Virus record (IMG/VR): IMGVR_UViG_3300034358_000008
Span: 248,001 to 312,000 of that record
Strand: one strand, 5' to 3'
DNA length: 64,000 nucleotides
The notes under the pieces were generated by a model. That model worked only from the letters and a program-made list of their open reading frames with translations. It was not told the DNA's origin and did no database searches. Positions 8,520 through 18,138 of the stretch are shown here, in pieces (positions within the stretch are counted from its first letter, which is position 1; every line of letters starts with the position of its first letter). The translations under genes and the position numbers were made by a program.

Positions 8520-9743
8520 TTAATTTTTAAGCCAAACTTCGTAGGAGCTACCGTCATCTTCACGAATGGTCTTACCACTACGTTTGAATCCAGCCGACTC
8601 GAATAACTTTTGACTCTTAATGTTGTCAGGTTCAATCATAGCTCGACCGGGTTTATCTGCAAAATACTGCGCTACAAATGCCCCAGCTATACCTTGATGT
8701 TGGAATCGTTGAGTAACGAAGATTGCGCCTGTGCGGTATCGACCGTCGCCGTCCTTACGTGGTACAGCAAAACCAACGACCTCGGTCCCCTTAAAGAAAC
8801 CAGTTACGGTCTTAGTTTTACGTCCCCTAACGACATCCCCTAAAAACCTGTCCCCTTCAGACTCATCGATTAACTTAACAATCATTGGGTCATCAACAGA
8901 GATGGATTTAAAAGATACGTCACCGAAAGATTCTTGACCGAGCTTAGTCTTAAGGTCACGATGAAACTTATCAGCAGCTTGACGTTCACTGATTGTTGGT
9001 GGAAGATCCTTAACTACGTTATCAACGTGAGCTTTAAATCGATCACCTTGCGACACAGATGCGTAAGCTGTACGACGTTCACGCTCTTCAAACATCAAAG
9101 GAGAACCTTGATGAATGTCTTGCAGTCTAGCTACACGATCAGGTAAAGGCCAGTTAGGCTCAACACCCATAGCGTCACATTCACTGGTAAGGCGCTTCTC
9201 TTCAGCTTGTAGCACTAATTGAGCAGACTTAGAATTCGCAGCAGCGGCGTAAGCTTCTGCCTTGGTGAAGTAACCTTCTTTGCTGACTGTTTGCTTTGTG
9301 AGTTTACGGATCAACGCATCGTTAACTACGATAGCTAGAATAGTCTGATGACCATCTTGAGCTGCACGTACTACACGGTGATAACCATCTAAGGTAGCAA
9401 AGTTCCCCGGAGAATACTCATGGACTATAACTGGATATTTGAGATCTACTTTAGCAACGCGTTCTGCATCAACTGAAGTAGCGGGTTCAATCATCCATAC
9501 AAGTTTAGAGATAGGGAAGTTAACTGGTGTCATACCCTTAGTGACTTTCAGCAATTCATCTACCAAGTAAACTGAACCTTGGTGGGAGAATAAGCTATCT
9601 GCGCCTTCCTTGTACTCACTACCAACCTTCTGGGATTCCGTCCAAGCGGGATAAGGGAGGCCGTTCCGCCGGGCGTGTAGCCTAGCGAGACGGCGCTCAA
9701 TTTCTCCGGGACCCCAAGCTTCGTTAGAAGGTTGGCTTAGGTC
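8520..9743 (-). CDS. ParB/Srx-like domain + GNAT acetyltransferase; probable -1 frameshift extension of the 9737-11779 protein
   Basis: Frame is open from 9755 to 8520 with no ATG/GTG/TTG until TTG 9566; PVIV...LDGYHR ParB-like motif; TGAIFVTQRFQHQGIA and EPDNIKSQKLFESAGF GNAT motifs. Confidence 0.75.
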   Translation of the reverse strand, partial: DLSQPSNEAWGPGEIERRLARLHARRNGLPYPAWTESQKVGSEYKEGADSLFSHQGSVYLVDELLKVTKGMTPVNFPISKLVWMIEPATSVDAERVAKVDLKYPVIVHEYSPGNFATLDGYHRVVRAAQDGHQTILAIVVNDALIRKLTKQTVSKEGYFTKAEAYAAAANSKSAQLVLQAEEKRLTSECDAMGVEPNWPLPDRVARLQDIHQGSPLMFEERERRTAYASVSQGDRFKAHVDNVVKDLPPTISERQAADKFHRDLKTKLGQESFGDVSFKSISVDDPMIVKLIDESEGDRFLGDVVRGRKTKTVTGFFKGTEVVGFAVPRKDGDGRYRTGAIFVTQRFQHQGIAGAFVAQYFADKPGRAMIEPDNIKSQKLFESAGFKRSGKTIREDDGSSYEVWLKN

Positions 9744-9749
9744 AAAGGG
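9621..9749 (-). promoter_or_regulatory. candidate programmed -1 ribosomal frameshift signal
   Basis: C_CCT_TTG heptamer (9749-9743), 6-nt spacer ACCTAA, then GCCAACCTTCT (9736-9726) pairing with AGAAGGTTGGT (9631-9621). Confidence 0.65.
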
Positions 9750-11779
9750 GTTTCGTCATCTTCTTCAGATTCTTCATCGGTAGTTTCAGTCTCTTCGACT
9801 TCGGCTTCCTCAGATTCTTCTGCGTCAGTTGCTTCAGCGGTAGATTCGGTTTCTTCAGTTGCCTCGGTTTCGGTTTGTTCAACCTCTGTCTCAGCTTCTT
9901 CAGTTTCCTCTACTTCTTCAGCGACTTCCTCTTCGTCACCTTCGTCGGTTTCGAGATCAGCGTACGGATCTGCTTCTTCATCGCTGCCGTCACCTGTAAA
10001 GTCTTCTTCGACGTCTGTTTCCGCTTCACCAGTTTCGGCTACATCGGTTTCACCAGTAGCGTCACCGAGATCGGTATCGTCAGCAGTGCCATCAGTACCC
10101 AGATCACCAGCTGTGTCGTCCAGACCATCCCCAAGATCGGAAGTGTCATCACCCAGACCAACATCAGACAAGCCGTCATCGCCATTAACACCGGCGTCGC
10201 CGACAGTGCCTTCTTCACCGGCAATACCCAGTTCGTCGCCACCCAATCCAGCTTCGCCTTCATCTGTAGCTTCATCATCAGCAATAGCCAATAGACCGGA
10301 ATCATCGATAGGACCAGTAGCAGAACCTTCAGGATCAATCTCAGCTGAGAACATTTCAACCTTGACTTGTTTAGCCTGGAAGATAGCAACCAGAGTAATC
10401 ATCGCTTGCGTAGCCAGTTCACGAACGGTAGCCTTGGTATAAGTCTGACCAAACTGATCGATTGCATCCAGATACTCAAGGTAGGTGGATTCAGGGAAGT
10501 ACACACGGCAAACCAATGCCGAGAACACTTTGTACGGATTGTCGTAATCATCTCGACGAACGTAACGCAGTGCTTCAATCAGACCCTGTTCCATTTCTGG
10601 AGTGTAACGATCTTTCAACAGTTCACTACGACCGATTTCACGGAAAGCAGAGATAACGTTGTTCAGACGTTGACGATCAGAGTAGTCAATTGCAGCCTGT
10701 TGGATCATCGGATAGATTTCGTGCCAACGTTCAATGAACTTGTGAGCAGCAGCATTCAGATACTTAACGTCAGTAACGCCAGTGTTCTCAACAGCAGCAC
10801 CCAAGATAGCTTGAATGTCACCACCACCTACAACCCATGGATCGAATACGTCACCGTTAACAGTAACGATAGCACGACGGGTAGCGATAGGGTTGGTAGC
10901 TTCGTTCTTCAGAATCATTACACCCTGTTCACGCATGTCAGCACGACGCACGTAAGCGCGCATCAGATAGAAGCCGAACATTTCGTGCAACAGTTTCATG
11001 GTGTGTTCCCACTCTTCCAGATCAACGGAGAAGTTAGGGACGACCACTGGGTTGTCGATATAGTGACCGCAGATGAAATAAGCGACCAGCAAATCGTCAA
11101 CGTTGAACGGAGCAGCTTGTGCTGACAGGTAAGGCAAACCAGCAGGCATTACGTGACCAGTAGTGAACAAGGAGTTCCATACCAGTTCCAGTCGTGCACT
11201 ACCAACTTGCAGAGCCCACTCGGTGATCTCTTCTTGCTCAAGGTGTGGGTTGTTGACCGACATCATTTCGATAATCGATTCAGCAGTCTGACCTTCGAGT
11301 TGGAAAGACTTATAAGAGTCTTTAGGACGAACGGTGGTGTAACGAGTGTTGATGTGGTTAACCAACGTGGCACTGTTGTGTGGTGCCAGATAACGCCATG
11401 CCTTAACCGAGTACTCGGGTTGGCAAGAAGCCGATTGCATACCAGCATAAGTCTGGTGCATAGCTTTAATAGCAGGGATAATAACGTTAGTCGTGTTGAA
11501 CTGAACCTTGGCTACAGCTTGACCCAAGTTAGCAACGATCGATTCACGGGAATCATCTTCAGCTGGAGTGGTATCTTGGTTGATCGCATCGAAGTGATCT
11601 TCTACTGCTACCATCTCTTCATCAGGCAATGCAGTGTTGGTTGGTTCGTCGTCAACTTTGTAGGTATCGGCGAATACAGCCAGGGGGAACTCAGGGTTCC
11701 CCACAGTCAGTACTTTACCTTCCCGAGTCAACGTCTGGGCCGCGTCACGGACAGCGTCCATAGTTTCGGATTGGTACAT
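9737..11779 (-). CDS. head protein, phiKZ gp177-like, with ~207-aa acidic C-terminal tail
   Basis: 680 aa, AGGAG RBS; position between vRNAP beta and gp176/protease; assignment by recalled synteny. Confidence 0.7.
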   Translation of the reverse strand: MYQSETMDAVRDAAQTLTREGKVLTVGNPEFPLAVFADTYKVDDEPTNTALPDEEMVAVEDHFDAINQDTTPAEDDSRESIVANLGQAVAKVQFNTTNVIIPAIKAMHQTYAGMQSASCQPEYSVKAWRYLAPHNSATLVNHINTRYTTVRPKDSYKSFQLEGQTAESIIEMMSVNNPHLEQEEITEWALQVGSARLELVWNSLFTTGHVMPAGLPYLSAQAAPFNVDDLLVAYFICGHYIDNPVVVPNFSVDLEEWEHTMKLLHEMFGFYLMRAYVRRADMREQGVMILKNEATNPIATRRAIVTVNGDVFDPWVVGGGDIQAILGAAVENTGVTDVKYLNAAAHKFIERWHEIYPMIQQAAIDYSDRQRLNNVISAFREIGRSELLKDRYTPEMEQGLIEALRYVRRDDYDNPYKVFSALVCRVYFPESTYLEYLDAIDQFGQTYTKATVRELATQAMITLVAIFQAKQVKVEMFSAEIDPEGSATGPIDDSGLLAIADDEATDEGEAGLGGDELGIAGEEGTVGDAGVNGDDGLSDVGLGDDTSDLGDGLDDTAGDLGTDGTADDTDLGDATGETDVAETGEAETDVEEDFTGDGSDEEADPYADLETDEGDEEEVAEEVEETEEAETEVEQTETEATEETESTAEATDAEESEEAEVEETETTDEESEEDDETPLT

Positions 11780-11791
11780 GATAGCTCCTAA

Positions 11792-11989
11792 TTAGCAGTT
11801 CAGATGTTTAAGCATACGACCAACCAATGCGGCTTTAATGTCCGCAGCGGAGAGCGATTCGCCTTCGATGGTGTTGGCAGCCGATTCGGAGCCCAGGGAG
11901 CGCAGAATTGCTTCTGCACCCAGTTCAGCAGCAGCGGTCAGAACGGCAAGGTTCTGTCCGAAGACTACGTTGTTACTTTGCTTTTGCAT
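11792..11989 (-). CDS. small protein in the vRNAP/head operon
   Basis: GAGGA RBS before ATG 11989; 65 aa; overlaps the stop of the vRNAP beta gene. Confidence 0.75.
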   Translation of the reverse strand: MQKQSNNVVFGQNLAVLTAAAELGAEAILRSLGSESAANTIEGESLSAADIKAALVGRMLKHLNC

Positions 11990-14900
11990 GTTTAGTTCCT
12001 CGGTATACACCAGCAATGTGTTTGGAGAGTTGCTTCAAGAGCATGCTAGTGGTTGCGATTAGTTTCGGAGACATTACCATCCGTTCTTCTACAGACGTGT
12101 TGCCGAAGATGATGTCGATTGGAGTGTCGTCTTCAAGCTTGTTGACACCAGTCATCACACGAGAGATTACGGTCTTCATCTGGTTACACAATACAGCCTT
12201 GTCACCAGTACCGAATGGAATATCATGGTCGATGTAAATACGGATAACCATGCTATCCGGTTCCAACACTTGACCTTTAATACGGAAGGAGGAATCTACT
12301 TCACCGGAGTGAGCAGGTCGTCCTCTTTGACGTGCAGATTCAGCACGCCATTCATCAGACTTCTCTGCGAGTTTACGCAGGTTGTCAGACATGTCATCCA
12401 GATCACCGTGATAGAAACATTCGATTCGAGATACCGTACCAACTACCTTAGCGGTAGGTGTGGCAGCCGAGAGTCGCTTGAGCGTCTCAATGGAAGCTTC
12501 ATCAAACAGCGTGTTACCCGCAGTTTCAGGATCTTCAATAATACATAGAATTGAATTCAGGTCGAGGTGCTCGCCCTCTTTGACCAGATCACGGACATGT
12601 TGGTCGAACCTAACAATGACGTTCTTCACGTCAGAAGTCTGTGTGTTCAACTTAATAGCCATGGATTCAGAAACAACAGATCCGTCCTCGAGAGTATCGA
12701 GGTTGTCACTAAATACAACCACGCCAATAACCCCAGGCATCAAAGAAGCTTGAGTTGGGTTGTAGCGATCCTTCTTGAAATACTTCCGGTTGTATGAGAT
12801 TGTGTCACCGCGTTTAAATTTGTCACCTTTCTTAAGATCGGATACCAAAGCGTGCGGATACACTACACCAGCAGCAGAACCATGAATCGTGCCCAAAGGC
12901 ATCGAGTCGAGTTCACCACTTGCATACTTCACAGTTACAGCGTGCTTATCGATGGAGACAACTTCACCATCTTCATCAGCAGAGGTTGCAAAGATACTGG
13001 AAGTACGTTGAGCTACGACTTGTTCATAACCAGTACGGACTGGCGAAAGATCGTAACCATCTGCATACAAACCTTGTTGCTGTTGAATCGACGCAAAGCC
13101 GATACGCTTCATGTCGTCGTGTGCCATACCTACACCCAAGAGTGCAGAGGTAGAGAACAACTTAGACTTGGTATCAATCGATTCATCAAACACACGTGTC
13201 AAACCACGCATCGAGGTGAAGTTAGCATCAGGAGTCATGTAGGCAATGATACCTACGTCACCGGAGTCAACAGTAGACTCAGAGATAATCCCCCGATCGT
13301 TGTCACCATAAACACGAGTACGAGCAACCATCGATACAGCAGCACGACCACCCGACCCACGATAGGTCATTGCTTCTTGTTCACGCAGGTTAGCAATTGG
13401 GTTAGAGTCTTCAATAGTAGCTACAGTCGGATCGTTCAGTTCACGCCATACTTCATGACGATCGAGAACTACCTTCAGTTCAGTACTACCTTCACGACTA
13501 TTATACCGTTTTACAGCCTTAGACAGACTGCTGAAGATCTGGCCTGCAATGCGTTCGTAGCCACGATAGCGCATGTACGCACCGTCTACCTCATTAGGAG
13601 ACCAATCGGTCATGAGGAGTTCTACAGAGCGGTACAGCAACCCTTCGAAGTCAGTTGGCTCACCCATCTCTTCCAACAGACCCTTAGTGATAGGGTCCAA
13701 CCAAGCTTCGAACAGGAAATCGATCTCTTTCAAGAATCGAGCACCCATGTCTTGCTCAGCGAGGATACGGAAGTAAACATCCTTACGGTTAAAGTCATAC
13801 CGGGAATAGTTACGCAGCGACTTGTGATAACGACGTAGACCACCGAGTACCAACATGGCTTTATAGTCAGAGCGTGGGAACACCAAGACTTCATCGTTGA
13901 AAGCCAGTACCCATTCATCTTGCTGAATCACTACGCCTTTGGTACCACGAGGATAAGCCGTGTACTCAACACCGAGTTTCTCCAGCAGGTTATTGAAACC
14001 AAACTGATAACCCAGTACCAAGCCTAGAGGCAAGTCCTTACCACCCACCTTAACATCTACCGATTCCAGTGGAGCTTTGGTCATGTTCAATCCAGCGAGG
14101 TCTACGATAGTCCCCATTGGTTCAAGATCAGTCAAAGACTCTTGGAGATAGAACACACCTTGTTGGTCAACCACAACTGGAGAGTTCTGGTAAGCACCCA
14201 CCAGCACCAACCCATCCCGTTCAACATTAGCTGCTGTGATCCCGTACTTAGACTGGAAATGCTCTTCACGTTGAGGATAGTTGAAGAAGAAGTGAATGTC
14301 TCCGTTATCGAATGCGCTGAACTTAGTAGCCAGAGCAGTGTAGACTCGTGGTAACCCTTGGAATGAGGACAGATCAATTTCAGCGAACTTCGGATTGGAG
14401 ATAATAGCGTTAGACTCATCACGAGCCTTAACATCCAATTGACGAGTCAACCATTTGTCGTAGTTGTTATCAGCACGCTCCGAACGCAATACGAATGTCT
14501 TGTTCGTATAACTGGTCAACGCAACTTTCATTGGGTTAACTTTACGGATTGGAATATCAGCACGCTGAATACGTTGACGGTAAGTAACACCGTTAGACAA
14601 GAACCGACCATCCCGATCAATAACCGGAATAGTGAACTCCAAGTTACTCGATACACCACGAACAGGTTTCACTGTAACTGTGAAGGTTTGAGTGTGGTTC
14701 ATGACATCTTCATTCTCACGAATCTTAATGTCTGTAACCGATACACCTTGACGCTGGATAAACATGATGCCGTTGAGGATATCCTTAGGCAACAGAGTCT
14801 TGATGTATTTACGCATCATCGGTTTGTGAACCGACTTCAACATGGCTTTGTCCATGATAGTAGCTTTATCAGGATACGCATCCACAGGGACCGTGTAATC

Positions 14901-16415
14901 CTCATTAGCATACTGCATGGCTTCCTTAACAGTTAACCCAGAACCGAATGGGTCTGGCATTGTCTCGTAAGACATCGCTTGATCCACAGCTTGTTCAAAG
15001 CTACGTTCAGAAATCATGTTGGTCTTAGCCAAACGATACGCTCGCTTAGCAACACCGTCCAACATGTCATCGCCAGTAGAGAACTCTTCCTGCTTAGGTG
15101 CACCCGGTTTACGCTCTTCTACTTTAAGTGTCTTGGTAGCTGCCTCAGACATCTCATCGGTTTCGATGTGAAGTGTGGTGCTATCCAAATCTAACTCAGG
15201 TGGAGGAGTATAGGTGACTTGCAGAACATCAAGATCGAATGTCTTGTAGACCTTACTGAGAGGTTCAGCAACTTCCGTAACATCAATCTCTTCAACGGGT
15301 TCTTCAACAACAGCCTCTACTTCCGTATCACCGTTATCGTTCTCTTCAAGATCCTCAGTCATATCTGGTTGAGGAGCTTCAATCTCAGCTACGGCTTTCA
15401 ACAGGTTGTTAGCTTGTACGTTAGCATCGTTCTCAACGAGTGCTTGACTACCGTTAGCAAATTCAACCAGTGTGGTTACCAGACTGATGAAACGACGCTG
15501 CAATACTTCAGGTTTGAAATAAGCTTCCAGACCAAAGTCATCGATGTACGATTCAAAGCCCATTGCATAGAGAGATTCTTTGTCGTTATTCTCGAGTGCT
15601 ACCTTCTGAGCAGCCAAAGCCAACACGTCTTCTTCAATTTCTTCCTCGGTCTGTGTACGCCACTCATCGAGCTTACCAAGGTTGATAACAAAGAAGCTAC
15701 CTTGGACACGGATGAAGAAGTTAATCTGCGCTAGCGCTGCCTTAGGCACCTTAGAGATGTAACTAGACTTACGCTCCAAGCCAAGGAACCGATAAACATC
15801 AAACAGATTCAAAAGACTACCCGTATTGAACAGCTCCAAGAGGTGTTGGTTCTGGGAAGTCTCAAGTTGTTTGAACTGAGCGATGGTTGGCATCCGCTCA
15901 GGGATATGCAGTTCCATGAAATGGTTCCAGTGAGGGAACCGGTCTACAGCTTTCGCTACGCCGTCCCAAACTGTTGCAGCATTGTTACTCCAGCGGTAGT
16001 ACGTTGCCTTATAACTGGCAATGTAGCGATACAGCGGGTTGAGCATGTTGTAGTTGAACAACGCGACGTTCTGTTGATTCAAACGTACCGATTCATCACG
16101 ACGCAGTGGTTTGAAGAAACGATGTTGTTTACGGAATTCGTTCATGAGGGTGATAGGTAACACCCCTGTACGCTTAGGACTACCATCAAGGGTTTCCAAC
16201 TGAGTAAAGTGTTCAATGAACACCTTACCTTTCAGCTTAGCGATAATAGGGTCAGCTTGGCTAGGTCCCATTACCGCAGTGTTGTCATCCCAGAAGTGAT
16301 AGACGGTCTCTATCGGGAAATCAAATTTCTTAATGGCGTGCAGACGAGGAGACTGAAGCTCCCCAACCTGACGCAGACCGTAGTCTCTAAGAAACTGTAT
16401 AATTTTTAAGCGCAT
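11973..16415 (-). CDS. virion RNA polymerase beta-like subunit (phiKZ gp178-like)
   Basis: 1480 aa; beta motifs FLSNGVTY, SESTVDSGDVG, GDKAVL-x-NQMK, PIDIIF; long phage-specific N-terminal region. Confidence 0.93.
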   Translation of the reverse strand: MRLKIIQFLRDYGLRQVGELQSPRLHAIKKFDFPIETVYHFWDDNTAVMGPSQADPIIAKLKGKVFIEHFTQLETLDGSPKRTGVLPITLMNEFRKQHRFFKPLRRDESVRLNQQNVALFNYNMLNPLYRYIASYKATYYRWSNNAATVWDGVAKAVDRFPHWNHFMELHIPERMPTIAQFKQLETSQNQHLLELFNTGSLLNLFDVYRFLGLERKSSYISKVPKAALAQINFFIRVQGSFFVINLGKLDEWRTQTEEEIEEDVLALAAQKVALENNDKESLYAMGFESYIDDFGLEAYFKPEVLQRRFISLVTTLVEFANGSQALVENDANVQANNLLKAVAEIEAPQPDMTEDLEENDNGDTEVEAVVEEPVEEIDVTEVAEPLSKVYKTFDLDVLQVTYTPPPELDLDSTTLHIETDEMSEAATKTLKVEERKPGAPKQEEFSTGDDMLDGVAKRAYRLAKTNMISERSFEQAVDQAMSYETMPDPFGSGLTVKEAMQYANEDYTVPVDAYPDKATIMDKAMLKSVHKPMMRKYIKTLLPKDILNGIMFIQRQGVSVTDIKIRENEDVMNHTQTFTVTVKPVRGVSSNLEFTIPVIDRDGRFLSNGVTYRQRIQRADIPIRKVNPMKVALTSYTNKTFVLRSERADNNYDKWLTRQLDVKARDESNAIISNPKFAEIDLSSFQGLPRVYTALATKFSAFDNGDIHFFFNYPQREEHFQSKYGITAANVERDGLVLVGAYQNSPVVVDQQGVFYLQESLTDLEPMGTIVDLAGLNMTKAPLESVDVKVGGKDLPLGLVLGYQFGFNNLLEKLGVEYTAYPRGTKGVVIQQDEWVLAFNDEVLVFPRSDYKAMLVLGGLRRYHKSLRNYSRYDFNRKDVYFRILAEQDMGARFLKEIDFLFEAWLDPITKGLLEEMGEPTDFEGLLYRSVELLMTDWSPNEVDGAYMRYRGYERIAGQIFSSLSKAVKRYNSREGSTELKVVLDRHEVWRELNDPTVATIEDSNPIANLREQEAMTYRGSGGRAAVSMVARTRVYGDNDRGIISESTVDSGDVGIIAYMTPDANFTSMRGLTRVFDESIDTKSKLFSTSALLGVGMAHDDMKRIGFASIQQQQGLYADGYDLSPVRTGYEQVVAQRTSSIFATSADEDGEVVSIDKHAVTVKYASGELDSMPLGTIHGSAAGVVYPHALVSDLKKGDKFKRGDTISYNRKYFKKDRYNPTQASLMPGVIGVVVFSDNLDTLEDGSVVSESMAIKLNTQTSDVKNVIVRFDQHVRDLVKEGEHLDLNSILCIIEDPETAGNTLFDEASIETLKRLSAATPTAKVVGTVSRIECFYHGDLDDMSDNLRKLAEKSDEWRAESARQRGRPAHSGEVDSSFRIKGQVLEPDSMVIRIYIDHDIPFGTGDKAVLCNQMKTVISRVMTGVNKLEDDTPIDIIFGNTSVEERMVMSPKLIATTSMLLKQLSKHIAGVYRGTKHAKAK

Positions 16416-16418
16416 GAA

Positions 16419-18071
16419 TTATTTCCTTGGCTGAGGATCGCCTGTCATGTACCGGAGCGTAAGGTTAAGGGTATGGATGTTCAGAGAGAACGCAATACCA
16501 CCACCGGCTCGGATATAAGCCAAACGGGACTTAAAGAATTTGTTGCATTCAGCAATCGACTCATTCGAATAACATGCAATCCACGAAGTAGTGTCACCAT
16601 CGAAGTCGGCAGTCAGTGGAGCGAGGGTTGCTGGGGGTAGAGAAATAGAGTCGTGCCATTGAGCAGGCTTGTTCAACTCGAACACTGGGAATTCCAGAGC
16701 CAGTGGCAAATCAGGATCACGCTTCCAATCCCAACCAAGTTGGTGACGAAGCTCACCTTTAACGGTGGTCTTGAGATACATACGGCACGGAATAGAACTG
16801 TTATAGTTCTCAATCGGATAACGTGTAACGAATCCAACTGTGGTGTTCCACATAGATAAGCCGCTCAGGTAAACTAGCTCGGCATACGTCAGTGGGAATA
16901 CGAATTCCTTGTTCAAATGCTTAGGCAAAGACGTGATATCACGGAAGATCTTGAAGTTAGAATCTTTGTCTTTGTAGATCAGTGCCAGATAGTGACCTTC
17001 AATCTCAATCGCTCGAGAACGTTGTTCCACTACTTTCAATTCGTTGATCACCTTCTCCAAACCATCTGGAGTAGCCCAACGATCGAGGATGTCTGTACCT
17101 ACGTCAACCCATTCCAGCTTAAGGGTCTTTTTGTTGATGAGTTCTACCCGTTGAGTCAGGGAATCGAATACATCACCGATTACCGAATTACGTAGACCAT
17201 AGATCGTCTTAGGTTTAACCGATACTGCACCTTGATACAACCCGATAGCAACGTCCTTAAACTTAGGACGGTTAGGGAGATCCAAGTCAGCGGCGTTAGT
17301 ATCCAGCGAGGAGATCACGTTTCGTGTACCGTTGAATACTTTACGAGATGCCCAGTTAGACTGAATGAAACCACCCTTACCCGAGAGCAGACGTTCGTAG
17401 TGGTTATAGATCTCCATCACGGTGTTCTGCAAAGCTACTCGTTTACGGTCGTAGATACTCAGATCGTCATTAGGACCGAAGTATTCAGGTACGTCACGAG
17501 ACTGCTGGAGAAGCCGTCTGTAGAGTTCATTCACTTCATCCATAGTGGTGCGGCCATAAGCATCGATCTCGACCTCACGGAACGCAGCAGGAGCTACTAG
17601 GAACTGTTTCAGGATACAATTGTCTTTATACTTCTCAATCAGCTGCAATCGGTTGAGTCGGATACCGGAACCGGTGGATTTGAAGTCGACGTCTTTCCAG
17701 TTGTCGTAGAAGAAGGTGTAGCCAGTCTTTCCATTAAGCTCGTTAGCTGGGACGAAGTCTTTAAGATCTCTGTCAAAGATGGCGAAGGCTTTACCGAGGA
17801 TGATGTCTTCATAGAAACCTTTCAGTTTAAGAATGTTACGGTAGATCACCGGATGGATTACGGGCAAACCTAGTTCTATGTAACCGAAGCGAGATTCACG
17901 TTCATTAGAACTGATTCGACCGAAGATCTCAGTCGAGAACAAACCCTTCTCGTGGAAGTTGCCACCTAAGCCTTCAAAGATCTCATGACTCGTTACTTGA
18001 CCCAAGAAACCAAGCTGTGCTTTGGTTGGAATCAGTAGTGAGATGTTGAAGGGCAACAATGCCTTTTTCAT
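16419..18071 (-). CDS. virion RNA polymerase beta'-like subunit (phiKZ gp180-like)
   Basis: GLFSTEIFG, K-G-IQ motif, catalytic ADFDGD. Confidence 0.93.
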   Translation of the reverse strand: MKKALLPFNISLLIPTKAQLGFLGQVTSHEIFEGLGGNFHEKGLFSTEIFGRISSNERESRFGYIELGLPVIHPVIYRNILKLKGFYEDIILGKAFAIFDRDLKDFVPANELNGKTGYTFFYDNWKDVDFKSTGSGIRLNRLQLIEKYKDNCILKQFLVAPAAFREVEIDAYGRTTMDEVNELYRRLLQQSRDVPEYFGPNDDLSIYDRKRVALQNTVMEIYNHYERLLSGKGGFIQSNWASRKVFNGTRNVISSLDTNAADLDLPNRPKFKDVAIGLYQGAVSVKPKTIYGLRNSVIGDVFDSLTQRVELINKKTLKLEWVDVGTDILDRWATPDGLEKVINELKVVEQRSRAIEIEGHYLALIYKDKDSNFKIFRDITSLPKHLNKEFVFPLTYAELVYLSGLSMWNTTVGFVTRYPIENYNSSIPCRMYLKTTVKGELRHQLGWDWKRDPDLPLALEFPVFELNKPAQWHDSISLPPATLAPLTADFDGDTTSWIACYSNESIAECNKFFKSRLAYIRAGGGIAFSLNIHTLNLTLRYMTGDPQPRK

Positions 18072-18138
18072 TTTATTTCCTCAGTGGGGGATTTACATGG
18101 CAACGATATGATTAATTGATATCGATGGAGTTATCAAC

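Noticed and set aside
8520-9566. ORF-track call of a stand-alone 348-aa gene starting at TTG 9566
   Set aside because: The frame is open and protein-like for 63 more codons up to a slippery site, and TTG has only a weak AAGG 10 nt upstream. Not fully excluded; kept as the alternative to the frameshift.
11973-18071. Introns, inteins or an HNH gene in the vRNAP genes
   Set aside because: Both ORFs are continuous, of expected size, 3 nt apart, and no intein splice motifs were seen.
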